A DNA stretch of 64,000 nt, taken from contig JAVHQT010000027.1 of the NCBI GenBank assembly GCA_036171275.1, forward strand, positions 13,817-77,816, given 5' to 3'. This stretch comes from Gallionellaceae bacterium. GTDB lineage: Bacteria > Pseudomonadota > Gammaproteobacteria > Burkholderiales > Gallionellaceae. Under the pieces are notes generated by a model. That model was not told the DNA's origin and ran no database searches. It saw only the letters and a program-made list of their open reading frames with translations. A program made the translations under genes and the position numbers. Positions 21,741 to 31,556 of the stretch are shown piece after piece (within the stretch, counting starts at the first letter, position 1; each line of letters starts with the position of its first letter).

Positions 21741-23205
21741 TTTACTTTGGGTTTTGTTTGGCCGCATTGCAACTGCGCTCATTGCAATCGCCAGTTTGCG
21801 CATTATGACATCGCTCTTAGCGCCAAAAGACTTTGGCATTTATGCGCTGCTGGTTGCCTTTCAAGGATTATGCGGTTTGCTGTTAATTAATCCCGTAGGG
21901 CAGCATATCAATCGTCATACCCATGCGTGGTGGGATGACGGTACATTGCTTAAAAGGTTGGCTGGGTATGACCGTTACCTGATTGCCGTGTCAGCGGGTA
22001 TTGCGCTTGTGGTTGCGCTTTGGTGGTTGCTGTATCCCAGCACCGACCACAGCATATCGGGTGCGTTATTGTCGGCATTAGCCGTTAGTGCAATGGTGTA
22101 TCTGGGTACTTGGAATGGCACTTTTGTGTACATTCTCAATATGCTAGGTTTTCGCAGTGGCAGTGTCGGGTGGATGCTTACCTCTTCAGTTATTGGTTTA
22201 GGTTTTTCCAGTTTATTCGCTTACGAATATCACACCGGAATGTCGTGGGTGCTAGGACAGGCAGTAGGGATGGCAGTGGGTGCACTGGGTTCCGGGCTAA
22301 TGTTGCGTCATTATCAAGCGGCAAGAAAATTAGTTGTGGTGAATTTCGGAAAATTGCCAACCTTGCTGGATCGGCAAACTGTAATGACCTATTGCTTGCC
22401 GCTGGCGACTGCAACCGGCTTGATGTGGTTACAAAATACGGGCTATCGTTTTTGGGTGGGAGGGGCTTGGGGACCTGCTGAATTAGGGTTATTGGCAGTC
22501 GGGCTTAGCATTTCGTCACAAATTTGGAGCATGGCTGAAACCCTATCCATGCAGTTCCTAAACCCCTATTTTTTTCGCCATATTACGGCGGTGCAATCAG
22601 ATGAAAAAAAGTCTGCCGTGCTGTCTGATATGGTGAATGTGATGTGGCCGATCTACGCAGTATTGGCTGGGTTTAATCTAGTGTTCGCATCATTGTTGTT
22701 GACCGTGCTAACGAATGAACGCTATCACGCGGCGGTCACTTTTGTTTTGCTTGGGGTGTTAATCGAATTTGCAAGATGTACCGGCAACTTATGGTCGTAT
22801 GCAGCTCAAATTGAACGACGCACCACTAAATATATTTTACCGTATGCCTTAGGTGCGTTGATTGTTTGGGGGGGCGCGCTGGGCGTATCTGCTACGCATG
22901 GGGATATTAAGATGTTGGCAATCGTATTGGCCGTTTCTGGAGTGGTCATGTGTGTTGCAATGGTACGAACCATGCAACGAATGATGCCGGTTAAATTGGA
23001 TATCTTTAGATGGTTGGGGGGTGCTGCAGTGTTGTTAATTTGCTTTGCGGCGGTAATTTTTATGCCCCTCAAAATCGAGGGCTTATTTAATACCATTCTG
23101 GTGATATCAGTTGGATTGTTTGTTTCTGGCGGTGTAATGCTGACATTGCTATGGCGCAACCCGGCACTGACACGATTGCTTGCGGTCTCTTTGCGGAGTG
23201 CATAG
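21730..23205 (+). CDS. Wzx-like polysaccharide flippase (multi-TM)
   Basis: 491 aa with about 12-14 hydrophobic segments. The N-terminus GRIATALIAIASLRIMTSLLAPKDFGIYALL is typical of the Wzx/PST family. It must use a TTG start at 21730, or at 21754. Confidence 0.7.
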   Translation: MRADLLWVLFGRIATALIAIASLRIMTSLLAPKDFGIYALLVAFQGLCGLLLINPVGQHINRHTHAWWDDGTLLKRLAGYDRYLIAVSAGIALVVALWWLLYPSTDHSISGALLSALAVSAMVYLGTWNGTFVYILNMLGFRSGSVGWMLTSSVIGLGFSSLFAYEYHTGMSWVLGQAVGMAVGALGSGLMLRHYQAARKLVVVNFGKLPTLLDRQTVMTYCLPLATATGLMWLQNTGYRFWVGGAWGPAELGLLAVGLSISSQIWSMAETLSMQFLNPYFFRHITAVQSDEKKSAVLSDMVNVMWPIYAVLAGFNLVFASLLLTVLTNERYHAAVTFVLLGVLIEFARCTGNLWSYAAQIERRTTKYILPYALGALIVWGGALGVSATHGDIKMLAIVLAVSGVVMCVAMVRTMQRMMPVKLDIFRWLGGAAVLLICFAAVIFMPLKIEGLFNTILVISVGLFVSGGVMLTLLWRNPALTRLLAVSLRSA

Positions 23206-23208
23206 GTG

Positions 23209-24084
23209 ATGATTATTTTGCATCTTTCAGGCGGGTTGGGGAATCAGATGTTTCAATATGCTTTTGGGCGCGCCAACGCTAAAAGGCTAAACACAGATTT
23301 AAAATTTGAATTGTCGGATAGCACTTTAACAATTCACACCGGTTTTGAATTAGAGAGGGTTTTTGAGATTCAGGTTAACGTGACTACTCAGGCAGAAATT
23401 CAATCAATTTTAGGGTGGCAGAAAAATCCTTTGATTCGCAAGGCTCTGAAGATTTCCGGCTTAAATAAAATTATCAAATCGAAACTTATCGATGAACCCC
23501 ATTTCCATTTCTCGCCTGAAATACTGCAGTTGCCAGACAATGTTTTTTTATCCGGTTATTGGCAAAGTGAAAAATATTTTTTAGAAATTGAAGCCCAAAT
23601 TCGCTCTGACTTTTCCTTTAAGTTGCCTTTCTCTGATAGAAATTCGGAAACTGCCCGCGAAATTAGCAAGTCCAACTCAGTCAGCTTGCACGTTCGTCGT
23701 AATGACTTTGCAAAAAACTCAAAAATTAATGCGATACATGGTTTATGTACATTAGCGTATTACAGCGCAGCCATTCAGTTTATTGAAGAAAAAATTGCTT
23801 CCCCCAATTTTTTTGTTTTCTCGGATGATCCTGCTTGGGTAAAAAGTAATCTAAAAATTAACCATCCTTGCGTGTATGTTGAGCATAATCAGGGCTTAGA
23901 GAGCTATAACGATATGCGATTAATGAGTTTATGCCGGCACAATATTATTGCGAATAGCTCTTTTAGTTGGTGGGGTGCGTGGCTGAATTCGAATGCAGAA
24001 AAAATTGTGGTCGCACCACAACGCTGGTTTGTGAACGGAAACAATACTGAAGATTTGATTCCGCACACATGGGTTCGATTATGA
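23209..24084 (+). CDS. GT11-family alpha-1,2-fucosyltransferase
   Basis: The N-terminus MIILHLSGGLGNQMFQYAFG and the motif HVRRNDF are hallmarks of GT11 (FutC/WbsJ type). GGAG lies 10 nt upstream of the ATG. Confidence 0.85.
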   Translation: MIILHLSGGLGNQMFQYAFGRANAKRLNTDLKFELSDSTLTIHTGFELERVFEIQVNVTTQAEIQSILGWQKNPLIRKALKISGLNKIIKSKLIDEPHFHFSPEILQLPDNVFLSGYWQSEKYFLEIEAQIRSDFSFKLPFSDRNSETAREISKSNSVSLHVRRNDFAKNSKINAIHGLCTLAYYSAAIQFIEEKIASPNFFVFSDDPAWVKSNLKINHPCVYVEHNQGLESYNDMRLMSLCRHNIIANSSFSWWGAWLNSNAEKIVVAPQRWFVNGNNTEDLIPHTWVRL

Positions 24085-25022
24085 AAAATAATCAACGCAG
24101 TACTTTGCTTATAGGGGGCGCAGGTTATATTGGTTCGCACCTTATACGTCAGTTGCTCGCAACAGGCAGAGGAGTGACCGTATTAGGCCGAAGTGTGATG
24201 CCGCGCTATTCATTGCCCGCAGGCGTTACTTATACCGTCGGTGATTTTGCACAAACCGATCTCCTTTCGCGCTTACTCAGGGCTCATCAGGAAGTCATTC
24301 ATCTCGCTTATGCGACTGTACCCAATACTTCGTTTGAGAATCCTTTGGCAGATTTATTGCAAAACTTACCACCCACCATCCAGCTTTTTGCTGAGGCGGC
24401 GAAACATGGTGTAAAACTGATTCTGGTTTCATCTGGCGGCACAGTGTATGGCGAAGCTGTTGAGCTACCGATGCGAGAAGCTCATCCTACCAAACCGATT
24501 TCACCCTACGGTGTAACAAAACTCACCTTAGAAAACTATGCCTATTTATATGCAGCGACGCATGGACTCAAGTTCGTATGCGTACGTCCCGCTAATGCTT
24601 ACGGAGTAGGCCAAAGGCCATTTGTTGGACAAGGATTTATTGCCACGGTCATGGCTTCAATGTTGAAAGAACTTCCGATTAAAATTTACGGGCAGCCTGG
24701 AACGATACGTGATTATTTATACGTCAGTGATTTGTCCGCAGGCATTGTGAGCGCGCTGGAGCAAGGTCATTTAGCAGAAACTTATAATCTAAGTTCTGGT
24801 GTCGGACTCAGCAATTTAGATGTTGTCGAAGCATGTTCATCCCTACTGAGCAAAGTCACAAGAGCAAGGAAGATAGAAAACCTTCCTGCTCGGGCTTTTG
24901 ATGTCAAAGTCAATATATTGGATTCTTCCAAGTTGAGATTGCACACAGGGTGGATTCCTCAGGTCTGTTTTGACGAAGGACTGCGTCAAACCTACGATTG
25001 GTTAAGGCGTCACCTTGACTAA
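24081..25022 (+). CDS. NAD-dependent sugar epimerase/dehydratase (extended SDR)
   Basis: It has LLIGGAGYIGSHL and the catalytic SPYGVTKL (YxxxK). The ATG at 24081 overlaps the GT11 stop by ATGA. Confidence 0.8.
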   Translation: MKNNQRSTLLIGGAGYIGSHLIRQLLATGRGVTVLGRSVMPRYSLPAGVTYTVGDFAQTDLLSRLLRAHQEVIHLAYATVPNTSFENPLADLLQNLPPTIQLFAEAAKHGVKLILVSSGGTVYGEAVELPMREAHPTKPISPYGVTKLTLENYAYLYAATHGLKFVCVRPANAYGVGQRPFVGQGFIATVMASMLKELPIKIYGQPGTIRDYLYVSDLSAGIVSALEQGHLAETYNLSSGVGLSNLDVVEACSSLLSKVTRARKIENLPARAFDVKVNILDSSKLRLHTGWIPQVCFDEGLRQTYDWLRRHLD

Positions 25023-25881
25023 TTCCTTACCGCTAATAACCGTTGCAATGCCCGTGTATAACGCTGGGGATTACTTGCGTTTAGCGGTACTGTCCATTGT
25101 TCAGCAAACCTATACTCACTGGGAGCTGCTTTTAATTGATGATGGCTCAACGGATAACGCATTTGAAACTATTTCGGATGTGCATGATTCCCGAATTAAA
25201 ATAATTCGGGATGGGGAAAATAAAGGATTGGCTGCCAGGTTAAACGCGTGTATCGATCTGGCCAACGGTCAATACATTGCACGAATGGATCAGGATGATA
25301 TTTCATATCCGGATCGCTTTTTACATCAAGTGACGGCGATGCAAAAGAATGCTGCAATTGATTTGCTTGCCACTCGTTCGATAACGATAGATGAAAACAA
25401 TCAAATTTCTGGTTTATTTCCGTTAGCAGTTTCCCACCAAGAAATATGCGCACGTCCTTGGCAGGGATTTTATTTTCCTCACCCAACGTGGCTGGGAAAA
25501 ACCGAATGGTTTCGCCGCTATCGTTATGCAGCGCCAGCGCCCTATTTTTGTGAAGATCAAGAATTACTTTTGCGTAGTTTCAGCAATAGTCGATTTGAAA
25601 CTTTAAATGAAGTGCTTTTTGCTTATCGACTTAGAGGGGTCATGAATTGGCCAAAGTTAGCCAAAACCCGTCGAGCCATTTTGAGCATTCAGTTGCGACA
25701 TTTTTTCCGGTCAACTCTATGTTTTTATTGCATATTATCAACGGGTTCTTATGTACTAAAAAGAATTCGTGATTTTTACAAAAATCTGAGACAGCAAAAT
25801 AAGCTGTTTGAATCTGGGGAAATGGATGAGCGCCTCGTCGAGCAGTGGAATGAAGTCCTTTTAAATCTTCAGCAGTCATGA
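25015..25881 (+). CDS. GT2-family glycosyltransferase
   Basis: ITVAMPVYNAGDYLRLAVLSIVQQTYTHWELLLIDDGSTDN and a DQDD motif are present. A TTG start is needed to retain the conserved N-terminus. Confidence 0.8.
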   Translation: MTNSLPLITVAMPVYNAGDYLRLAVLSIVQQTYTHWELLLIDDGSTDNAFETISDVHDSRIKIIRDGENKGLAARLNACIDLANGQYIARMDQDDISYPDRFLHQVTAMQKNAAIDLLATRSITIDENNQISGLFPLAVSHQEICARPWQGFYFPHPTWLGKTEWFRRYRYAAPAPYFCEDQELLLRSFSNSRFETLNEVLFAYRLRGVMNWPKLAKTRRAILSIQLRHFFRSTLCFYCILSTGSYVLKRIRDFYKNLRQQNKLFESGEMDERLVEQWNEVLLNLQQS

Positions 25882-27020
25882 AATCAATCTGTTATATCGC
25901 CACCATTCCGGCTGTTGTGCATGCTTTTTTACGTCCGCACATTCAAGCAGCATCACAGCGGTATGCGGTAACGGTGATCTGTAATTTTTCGGATAAGCAA
26001 CTTCTGCAAGGAATTAATGCGCGAATTATTCTGTTGCCAATTCAGCGAAAGCCTGCTTTTTGCAGCGATATTTTCATGTTGCTAAAGTTGGTTATGCTGT
26101 TTAGGCGTGAGCGTTTTGATATCGTGCATTCCCATATGCCAAAGACAAGTCTGCTTGGAATGTTGGCAGCATGGTTAACCCGAGTGCCAGTGCGAATAAA
26201 CACATTTCATGGCGAGGTCTGGGCAACAAAACGGGGCTGGAAACGCGCTGTGCTTAAATTGTTTGATCGTTTAGTTGGATTGCTGGCGACAGATATTTTG
26301 GCAGTAAGTCCATCTCAACGCGACTATTTGGTTAACGAAGGGGTTGTACCGGCAAATAAGTTAATGGTGATTGGTGCAGGTTCAGTCTGCGGCGTCGACC
26401 CCTCACGCTTTCATGCAAATATGCCGATGCGTCAGTTAATTCGACAAAATTTGAATATACCGTTAGCGGCAAAAGTGGTTTTATTTGTCGGACGCTTAAA
26501 TCGCGACAAAGGCATGTTGGATTTGGCTGCTGCATTTAACACCCTTGCCCAGCAAAATTCAGAACTTATGCTTTTACTGGTGGGCGCAGAAGAAGAGATT
26601 ACCTTCAGCCAGATTCAGCACCTTTGCCAATCAGAACAAACACGTTTGCGTTATGTCAGTTTTACTGCAACGCCAGAACATTACATGGCTGCCGCCGATA
26701 TTTTTTGCTTGCCTAGTTACCGTGAAGGATTTGGCCTGACCATTATCGAAGCTGCAGCCTGCGGCATTCCGGCAGTTGCATCCAATATCTATGGCATTAC
26801 CGATGCGGTGGCAGACGGCAAAACTGGATTATTGTTTCCTGCGGGCGACATCAAAGCGCTGACCAATGCACTACTTAAACTGCTTACAGATAAGCAATTG
26901 CGACAGCAAATGGCTGAGGCCGCCATCCAGCGCGCGTTGAGTTTATTTTCCAGTGAGCAACTTACCCGTGAAATACTCGCTTTATATGACGACCACATTC
27001 AGACTAAAGAGCGTCTCTAA
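25878..27020 (+). CDS. GT4-family (GT-B) glycosyltransferase
   Basis: 380 aa. The EX7E region reads EGFGLTIIEAAACGIPAVAS...DGKTGLLF. It overlaps the GT2 stop by ATGA. Confidence 0.85.
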   Translation: MKSICYIATIPAVVHAFLRPHIQAASQRYAVTVICNFSDKQLLQGINARIILLPIQRKPAFCSDIFMLLKLVMLFRRERFDIVHSHMPKTSLLGMLAAWLTRVPVRINTFHGEVWATKRGWKRAVLKLFDRLVGLLATDILAVSPSQRDYLVNEGVVPANKLMVIGAGSVCGVDPSRFHANMPMRQLIRQNLNIPLAAKVVLFVGRLNRDKGMLDLAAAFNTLAQQNSELMLLLVGAEEEITFSQIQHLCQSEQTRLRYVSFTATPEHYMAAADIFCLPSYREGFGLTIIEAAACGIPAVASNIYGITDAVADGKTGLLFPAGDIKALTNALLKLLTDKQLRQQMAEAAIQRALSLFSSEQLTREILALYDDHIQTKERL

Positions 27021-27040
27021 AAATTCAATTTTCCAATAGG

Positions 27041-27094
27041 AAAACTCACCAAACCAGTCAACGCGCCAAAGGCGCTCATCAGGGGTGAGTTTTT
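27041..27094 (+). terminator. Compound hairpin plus T-run ending the glycan operon
   Basis: aaaactcacc (27041-50) pairs with ggtgagtttt (27084-93). An inner hairpin gcgcc-aaa-ggcgc spans 27063-75. The stem is followed by a T-run. Confidence 0.45.
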
Positions 27095-27226
27095 GAATAA
27101 AAAAGACAGCGATGAGTCAACTCAGTACACACTACAACAGTAAGCAAGCAGTGCTGGCGTTTAATGATCACGAATTAGTGTAGCGCTATCATCAATTAAT
27201 GTTAATTATCATTAATTAGCCAATGC

Positions 27227-28165
27227 TCACACTTTACCAGCGCTGGCGGCTTGTTCATCCGCAAAATAGCTACTGCGCACCATCGGTCCGCAGGCAGCAT
27301 GAGCAAAGCCCAGATCGAGTGCCGCTTGCTCAAACATTTTGAAGGTGACGGGTTCGACGTAACGGAGTACTGGCAAGTGCCCGTTAGACGGTTGCAAATA
27401 CTGCCCGAGCGTCAGCATTTCTACATCGTGGTCGCGCAAATCTTGCAACACTTGCAACACCTCGTCATCGGTTTCCCCCAAACCCAGCATCAAGCCGGAT
27501 TTAGTGGTGACGTGCGGGAAACGCTGTTTAAATTCTTTTAATAAAGTCAGCGAATGAGCGTAGTCCGCGCCGGGGCGCGCCAGCGAGTACAGGCGCGGCA
27601 CGGTTTCTAAATTATGGTTGAGCACATCGGGCAAACTAGCGCCCATCGTTTGCAGCGCGATTTCTAATCGCCCCCGAAAATCGGGCACTAAAGTTTCGAG
27701 CTTGGTTTGCGGCGAACTGGCGCGAATGGCACTCAAACAATCGACGAAATGTTGTGCGCCGCCGTCGCGTAAATCATCCCGATCAACGCTGGTAATCACC
27801 ACATATTTCAGCTTCAGAAGTCCGATGGAGCGCGCTAATTGTGTCGGTTCATCGGCATCTGGCGGCAGCGGTTTGCCGTGTGCGACGTCACAAAACGGGC
27901 AGCGGCGTGTGCATACATCGCCCAAAATCATGAAAGTAGCCGTGCCTTTGCCGAAGCATTCGCCAATGTTAGGACAAGACGCTTCCTCGCACACAGTGTG
28001 CAAACCATATTCGCGCAACATCCGTTTTACATCGTGATAACCCTGACTATTGCCCGATTTAACCCGAATCCATTCTGGTTTACGTAAGCGCTCTACTAAG
28101 GGCACAATTTTAATTGGATTACGTGCTGTTTTGGTTGCGCCAGTCTGTTTATTCAATATATTCAT
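27227..28165 (-). CDS. lipA: Lipoyl synthase
   Basis: 312 aa, with the radical-SAM motif CTRRCPFC and the motif [12 protein letters not shown]. Confidence 0.95.
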   Translation of the reverse strand: MNILNKQTGATKTARNPIKIVPLVERLRKPEWIRVKSGNSQGYHDVKRMLREYGLHTVCEEASCPNIGECFGKGTATFMILGDVCTRRCPFCDVAHGKPLPPDADEPTQLARSIGLLKLKYVVITSVDRDDLRDGGAQHFVDCLSAIRASSPQTKLETLVPDFRGRLEIALQTMGASLPDVLNHNLETVPRLYSLARPGADYAHSLTLLKEFKQRFPHVTTKSGLMLGLGETDDEVLQVLQDLRDHDVEMLTLGQYLQPSNGHLPVLRYVEPVTFKMFEQAALDLGFAHAACGPMVRSSYFADEQAASAGKV

Positions 28166-28169
28166 GGAG

Positions 28170-28826
28170 TTATAGATTTTTAGCCTGTAAAAAATGAACG
28201 GTTAATAAGTGCGAAATTTGTGCGGCAAGCGGCGCTTCCAGCGCTTGGGGCGTAGTTATGACACTAAAATCTTTAATTTGCGTGACGCGCAAACCAGCAT
28301 AGCCACACGGATTGATCTGGCTAAACGGGGTTAAATCCATGTCCACATTCAACGACAATCCGTGATAACAACAGCCGTTGCGAATTTTCAATCCCAGCGC
28401 GGCAATTTTTGCTTCGTTCACGTACACGCCAGGCGCATCTTCTCGACCTTGCGCTGGGATGCCGCAATTCGCCAAAATCGCAATCGCGGCATTTTCCAGT
28501 AAGCGCACCAGTTGGCGAACATTCAAGCGCCAGCGGCGCAAATCCAGTAACACATAGGCAATCAATTGCCCAGGCGCGTGATAGGTAATTTGCCCGCCGC
28601 GATCAATTTTCACCACGGGAATGTGTTGCGCGTTTAGTAAATGTTCCGGCTTGCCCGCTTGCCCTTGGGTAAAAGTCGGCGGATGTTGCAACAGCCATAT
28701 TTCATCGCGGGTCTGAGCATCGCGTTGCGCGGTAAATTGCTGCATGGCGCGCCACGTGCTTTCGTATTCAACTACTCCCAGAAATTTTATTTCTGGTGTC
28801 TGCGGCATTGGGATTTCGTGGTTCAT
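28170..28826 (-). CDS. lipB: Octanoyltransferase LipB
   Basis: 218 aa, with [13 protein letters not shown] and the KI.ALG region. It overlaps the upstream gene by ATGA. Confidence 0.92.
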   Translation of the reverse strand: MNHEIPMPQTPEIKFLGVVEYESTWRAMQQFTAQRDAQTRDEIWLLQHPPTFTQGQAGKPEHLLNAQHIPVVKIDRGGQITYHAPGQLIAYVLLDLRRWRLNVRQLVRLLENAAIAILANCGIPAQGREDAPGVYVNEAKIAALGLKIRNGCCYHGLSLNVDMDLTPFSQINPCGYAGLRVTQIKDFSVITTPQALEAPLAAQISHLLTVHFLQAKNL

Positions 28827-29101
28827 AACACCATTTTCACTCGCGGATGGTCACATAATCCTTGGTAAATCGCATCTAGTTGTGACTTTGAGCTGGCACG
28901 AACCGTGCATGTCAGACTCAAATAACGGGCGCTTTTACTGGCTTTGGTACTGACATCTTGCACGGAAAAAAGCGGATCATGAAGCGCAATAATACTGATC
29001 ACTGTAGCAACAAAATCAGGATGCGCATCGCCAAACACTTTAATCGGAAATGCGCAGGGAAAATCAATCAAGCTGGGTTGTTCGCTCATCGCGGGGCTCA
29101 C
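28823..29101 (-). CDS. YbeD-like DUF493 protein
   Basis: 92 aa with [11 protein letters not shown]. Its position between dacA and lipB matches the E. coli dacA-ybeD-lipB arrangement. Confidence 0.8.
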   Translation of the reverse strand: MSPAMSEQPSLIDFPCAFPIKVFGDAHPDFVATVISIIALHDPLFSVQDVSTKASKSARYLSLTCTVRASSKSQLDAIYQGLCDHPRVKMVL

Positions 29102-30234
29102 TCAAACAATAACCGAATCGAATCGATACCACGCGAAAAAACGTTTGCCAGCGGCACACTTTCCAAGGCTTGTAAAGGCAAATTCAGGTAGGGCGCACCG
29201 GCAATGCTCAAATTTAACGTCCCGATTACCTGCCCTTTTTCAAACGGCGCAATTAGGGGTTGCCGCGTTTCCAGCGCGGCTTTTATTTGCTTAGCCATTC
29301 CCTTGGGCAACGTGACAAATAAATCGCTTCTAAAGCCTAAGTTGAGCCGTTTTTCAGTGCCTTTCCAAACGCGCACCTCCGTCACCGACTGATCTTTTTT
29401 ATACAAAGGGAGCAGTTCGTATTCTTGAAAACCATGGTTCAACAAACGCTGACTTTCGCTGGTGCGCAAACTTTCCGAGGTCGCGCCTAGTAAGACCGAA
29501 ATGAGACGATGCTGATCGCGTTTAGCGGAAGCCACCAAACAAAACCCTGCGCCATCGGTATGACCTGTTTTGAGTCCATCGACATACGGGTCTAACCACA
29601 ACAATTTGTTACGATTAAATTGGTTGATTTTGTTGTATTGAAATTCACGCGTTGAAAAATAGAAATAATACTCAGGAAAATCTCGAACCACCGCCGTCGC
29701 CAGCAATGCCAAATCATAAGCGCTACTGTAATGTTGTTCCGCTGGCAAGCCGGTTGCGTTGACAAAATGGGTATCTTTTAGCCCTAAGCGCAGGGCTTCT
29801 TTGTTCATCCATTCATTGGCAAAACTGAGCTCGCTGCCGGCAATCGCCTCCGCCAAAGCCCGCGCGGCATCATTACCCGACTGAACAATTAAACCGCGCA
29901 GCACCGCTTCAATTTTGACTGGCTTATTCGCTTCTAAAAACATTCTTGATTCTTCGCCTTGCACTTTTAACGCAGCGAGCGAGGGCGTAATTATTTGTTC
30001 TAGGGATAACTTGCCTTGTTTCAGCGCACTAAAAGTGACATACGCCGTCATCAACTTGGTTAACGAAGCAGGCTGAAAATGATCGTGCGCATTCTTACCC
30101 ACCAGCAACTGATTGCTGCTGTAATCGTACAAAACGTAGGCTTTAGCTGCCAAAGCGGGTGCCGGCGGTACAAGCAGCACCGCATTCGCAATATTTAAAA
30201 AAAGACTTAAAAACAGGATAAACGCAATTTTCAT
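29098..30234 (-). CDS. dacA: D-alanyl-D-alanine carboxypeptidase (PBP5/6 class)
   Basis: 378 aa with a signal peptide. It has the SxxK (SLTKLMT), SGN (QSGNDAA) and KTG (LKTGHT) motifs. No Shine-Dalgarno sequence is visible. Confidence 0.9.
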   Translation of the reverse strand: MKIAFILFLSLFLNIANAVLLVPPAPALAAKAYVLYDYSSNQLLVGKNAHDHFQPASLTKLMTAYVTFSALKQGKLSLEQIITPSLAALKVQGEESRMFLEANKPVKIEAVLRGLIVQSGNDAARALAEAIAGSELSFANEWMNKEALRLGLKDTHFVNATGLPAEQHYSSAYDLALLATAVVRDFPEYYFYFSTREFQYNKINQFNRNKLLWLDPYVDGLKTGHTDGAGFCLVASAKRDQHRLISVLLGATSESLRTSESQRLLNHGFQEYELLPLYKKDQSVTEVRVWKGTEKRLNLGFRSDLFVTLPKGMAKQIKAALETRQPLIAPFEKGQVIGTLNLSIAGAPYLNLPLQALESVPLANVFSRGIDSIRLLFE

Positions 30235-30240
30235 GTAGAT

Positions 30241-30273
30241 ATAAAATAATGAATAAAATCAGATAGTTACAAT
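30241..30273 (+). repeat. AT-rich intergenic repeat with IHF-like core (copy D)
   Basis: ataaaataatgaataaAATCAGATAGTTAcaat. It starts 7 nt from the dacA start codon. Confidence 0.55.
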
Positions 30274-30384
30274 AAAAAAGCGCGACGGTTTACGCCGAGC
30301 TTGGTTCACTTTAAGAAACGAATTATCAAGGAAACGCTCATTCAATTCTTTCTGGCTAAACTGACTCACCCTGAGCGCAATCAA

Positions 30385-30412
30385 CTAAAAATACATCAAT
30401 TTGTTACATTTT
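30385..30412 (+). repeat. AT-rich intergenic repeat with IHF-like core (copy E, weaker)
   Basis: ctaaaaataCATCAATTTGTTAcatttt. It lies about 50 nt downstream of the HDOD gene stop. Confidence 0.45.
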
Positions 30413-30458
30413 CTTTTAGTCGAGACTGAGGGGGAACGGTTGATTTATGCGGTATTGT

Positions 30459-31334
30459 TCAAGGGAAGTTGCCGCCAGTTTGTTTGGCTTCTTCCGCTTG
30501 CAATTGAATTTTCGCAATCAACTCTGGGCCTTTTGCCGGATCAATTCCCAAGGCTTGCCATTCTTCATCTTGAATTTCAGGCACGACATATTCAGCAATG
30601 CCAAAAGAGGTCAGTATTTTCTCTGCCAAGGAAACAATGGTAACTAAGGGTTGACCAATGGCGGCCTCCTCATTCTCGGAATCATGGTGATAGCGCAAAA
30701 CCGCGACAATCGTTTCCGGCAAATCCCAAATTCGCGCCAATTCCGCACCAATTTCGGCATGATTCATTTCCAGCAGCTCATTTTCAATTTCAATTGCCGG
30801 GCGAGTGGGTTCGGCCAGCAACCGAGAGTGCAATTGGTTGCTACTTTCTTGATCGAGTTGATTGAGCACCATATAGCCAATGTCATGCAGCAAACCCGAT
30901 AAAAAAATCTCATCATCGAGCGGGCGCGTGTACCGTGGCATCGCTTGGCTAATGGCGCGCATCGCCAAGGAAATGGCCAAGCTGTGCAGCCACAAACCTT
31001 GCACATCAAGCTTGCCAGCCGGCTTTTTAACCAAGGATGACATCACTGCAATGCCCATCGTCACGGATTTAACACGGGTAATCCCCAGCAACATCGCCGC
31101 ATCAGTAACGGAAGAAACGCGTTTCGACGCGCCAAATAAAGGGGTATTGGCCAAGCCGATAATTTTAGCGGCAATTTGCGGATCCTTTTCAATTAGCTTG
31201 AGCATGGCGCGTTCACCGTCATCACTTTCCAGATCGAGCGCTAAGATTTTCTGTGCAATCACCGGCATTGCAGGCAGCGTGTCCAGGTGGTAAATCGCCT
31301 TTTTCAATGTCACGAGTTGATTGTTTGTATTCAT
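30459..31334 (-). CDS. HDOD-domain signalling protein
   Basis: 291 aa. It has an HDOD-type N-terminus (LPAMPVIAQKILAL) and HD-like residues (LLHDIGYMVL, NHAEIGAELA). Confidence 0.8.
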   Translation of the reverse strand: MNTNNQLVTLKKAIYHLDTLPAMPVIAQKILALDLESDDGERAMLKLIEKDPQIAAKIIGLANTPLFGASKRVSSVTDAAMLLGITRVKSVTMGIAVMSSLVKKPAGKLDVQGLWLHSLAISLAMRAISQAMPRYTRPLDDEIFLSGLLHDIGYMVLNQLDQESSNQLHSRLLAEPTRPAIEIENELLEMNHAEIGAELARIWDLPETIVAVLRYHHDSENEEAAIGQPLVTIVSLAEKILTSFGIAEYVVPEIQDEEWQALGIDPAKGPELIAKIQLQAEEAKQTGGNFP

Positions 31335-31475
31335 TTAATTTGCCTCCGCAAATAATCTATTTCTAAAATAATTAAGGTTTGCATTCTAATCAAACTCTTT
31401 AGGAAGTGCAGATTTATTCCGTTCTGGCTTGCCAAGACCTGGAGAAATTAACCAAAGAACTCTGCGCAGAGGATG

Positions 31476-31510
31476 CTGTTAAGCTATTGATTTATAATCT
31501 ATTTATTCCA
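31476..31510 (-). repeat. AT-rich intergenic repeat with IHF-like core (copy F)
   Basis: The minus strand reads TGGAATAAATAGATTATAAATCAATAGCTTAACAG, with a perfect WATCAANNNNTTR core. It lies about 50 nt downstream of the regA stop. Confidence 0.55.
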
Positions 31511-31556
31511 TTATGATTCAGCAAGTTGCGCACGAATGAAATCAAGCAGCGTTTCC

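Noticed and set aside
27186-27220. Fur-box-like AT-rich string (ctatcatcaattaatgttaattatcattaatt)
   Set aside because: It lies between two convergent gene ends (the glycan operon and lipA), so there is no promoter for it to regulate. The match to GATAATGATAATCATTATC also needs an insertion. It may be a degenerate copy of the AT-rich repeat family.
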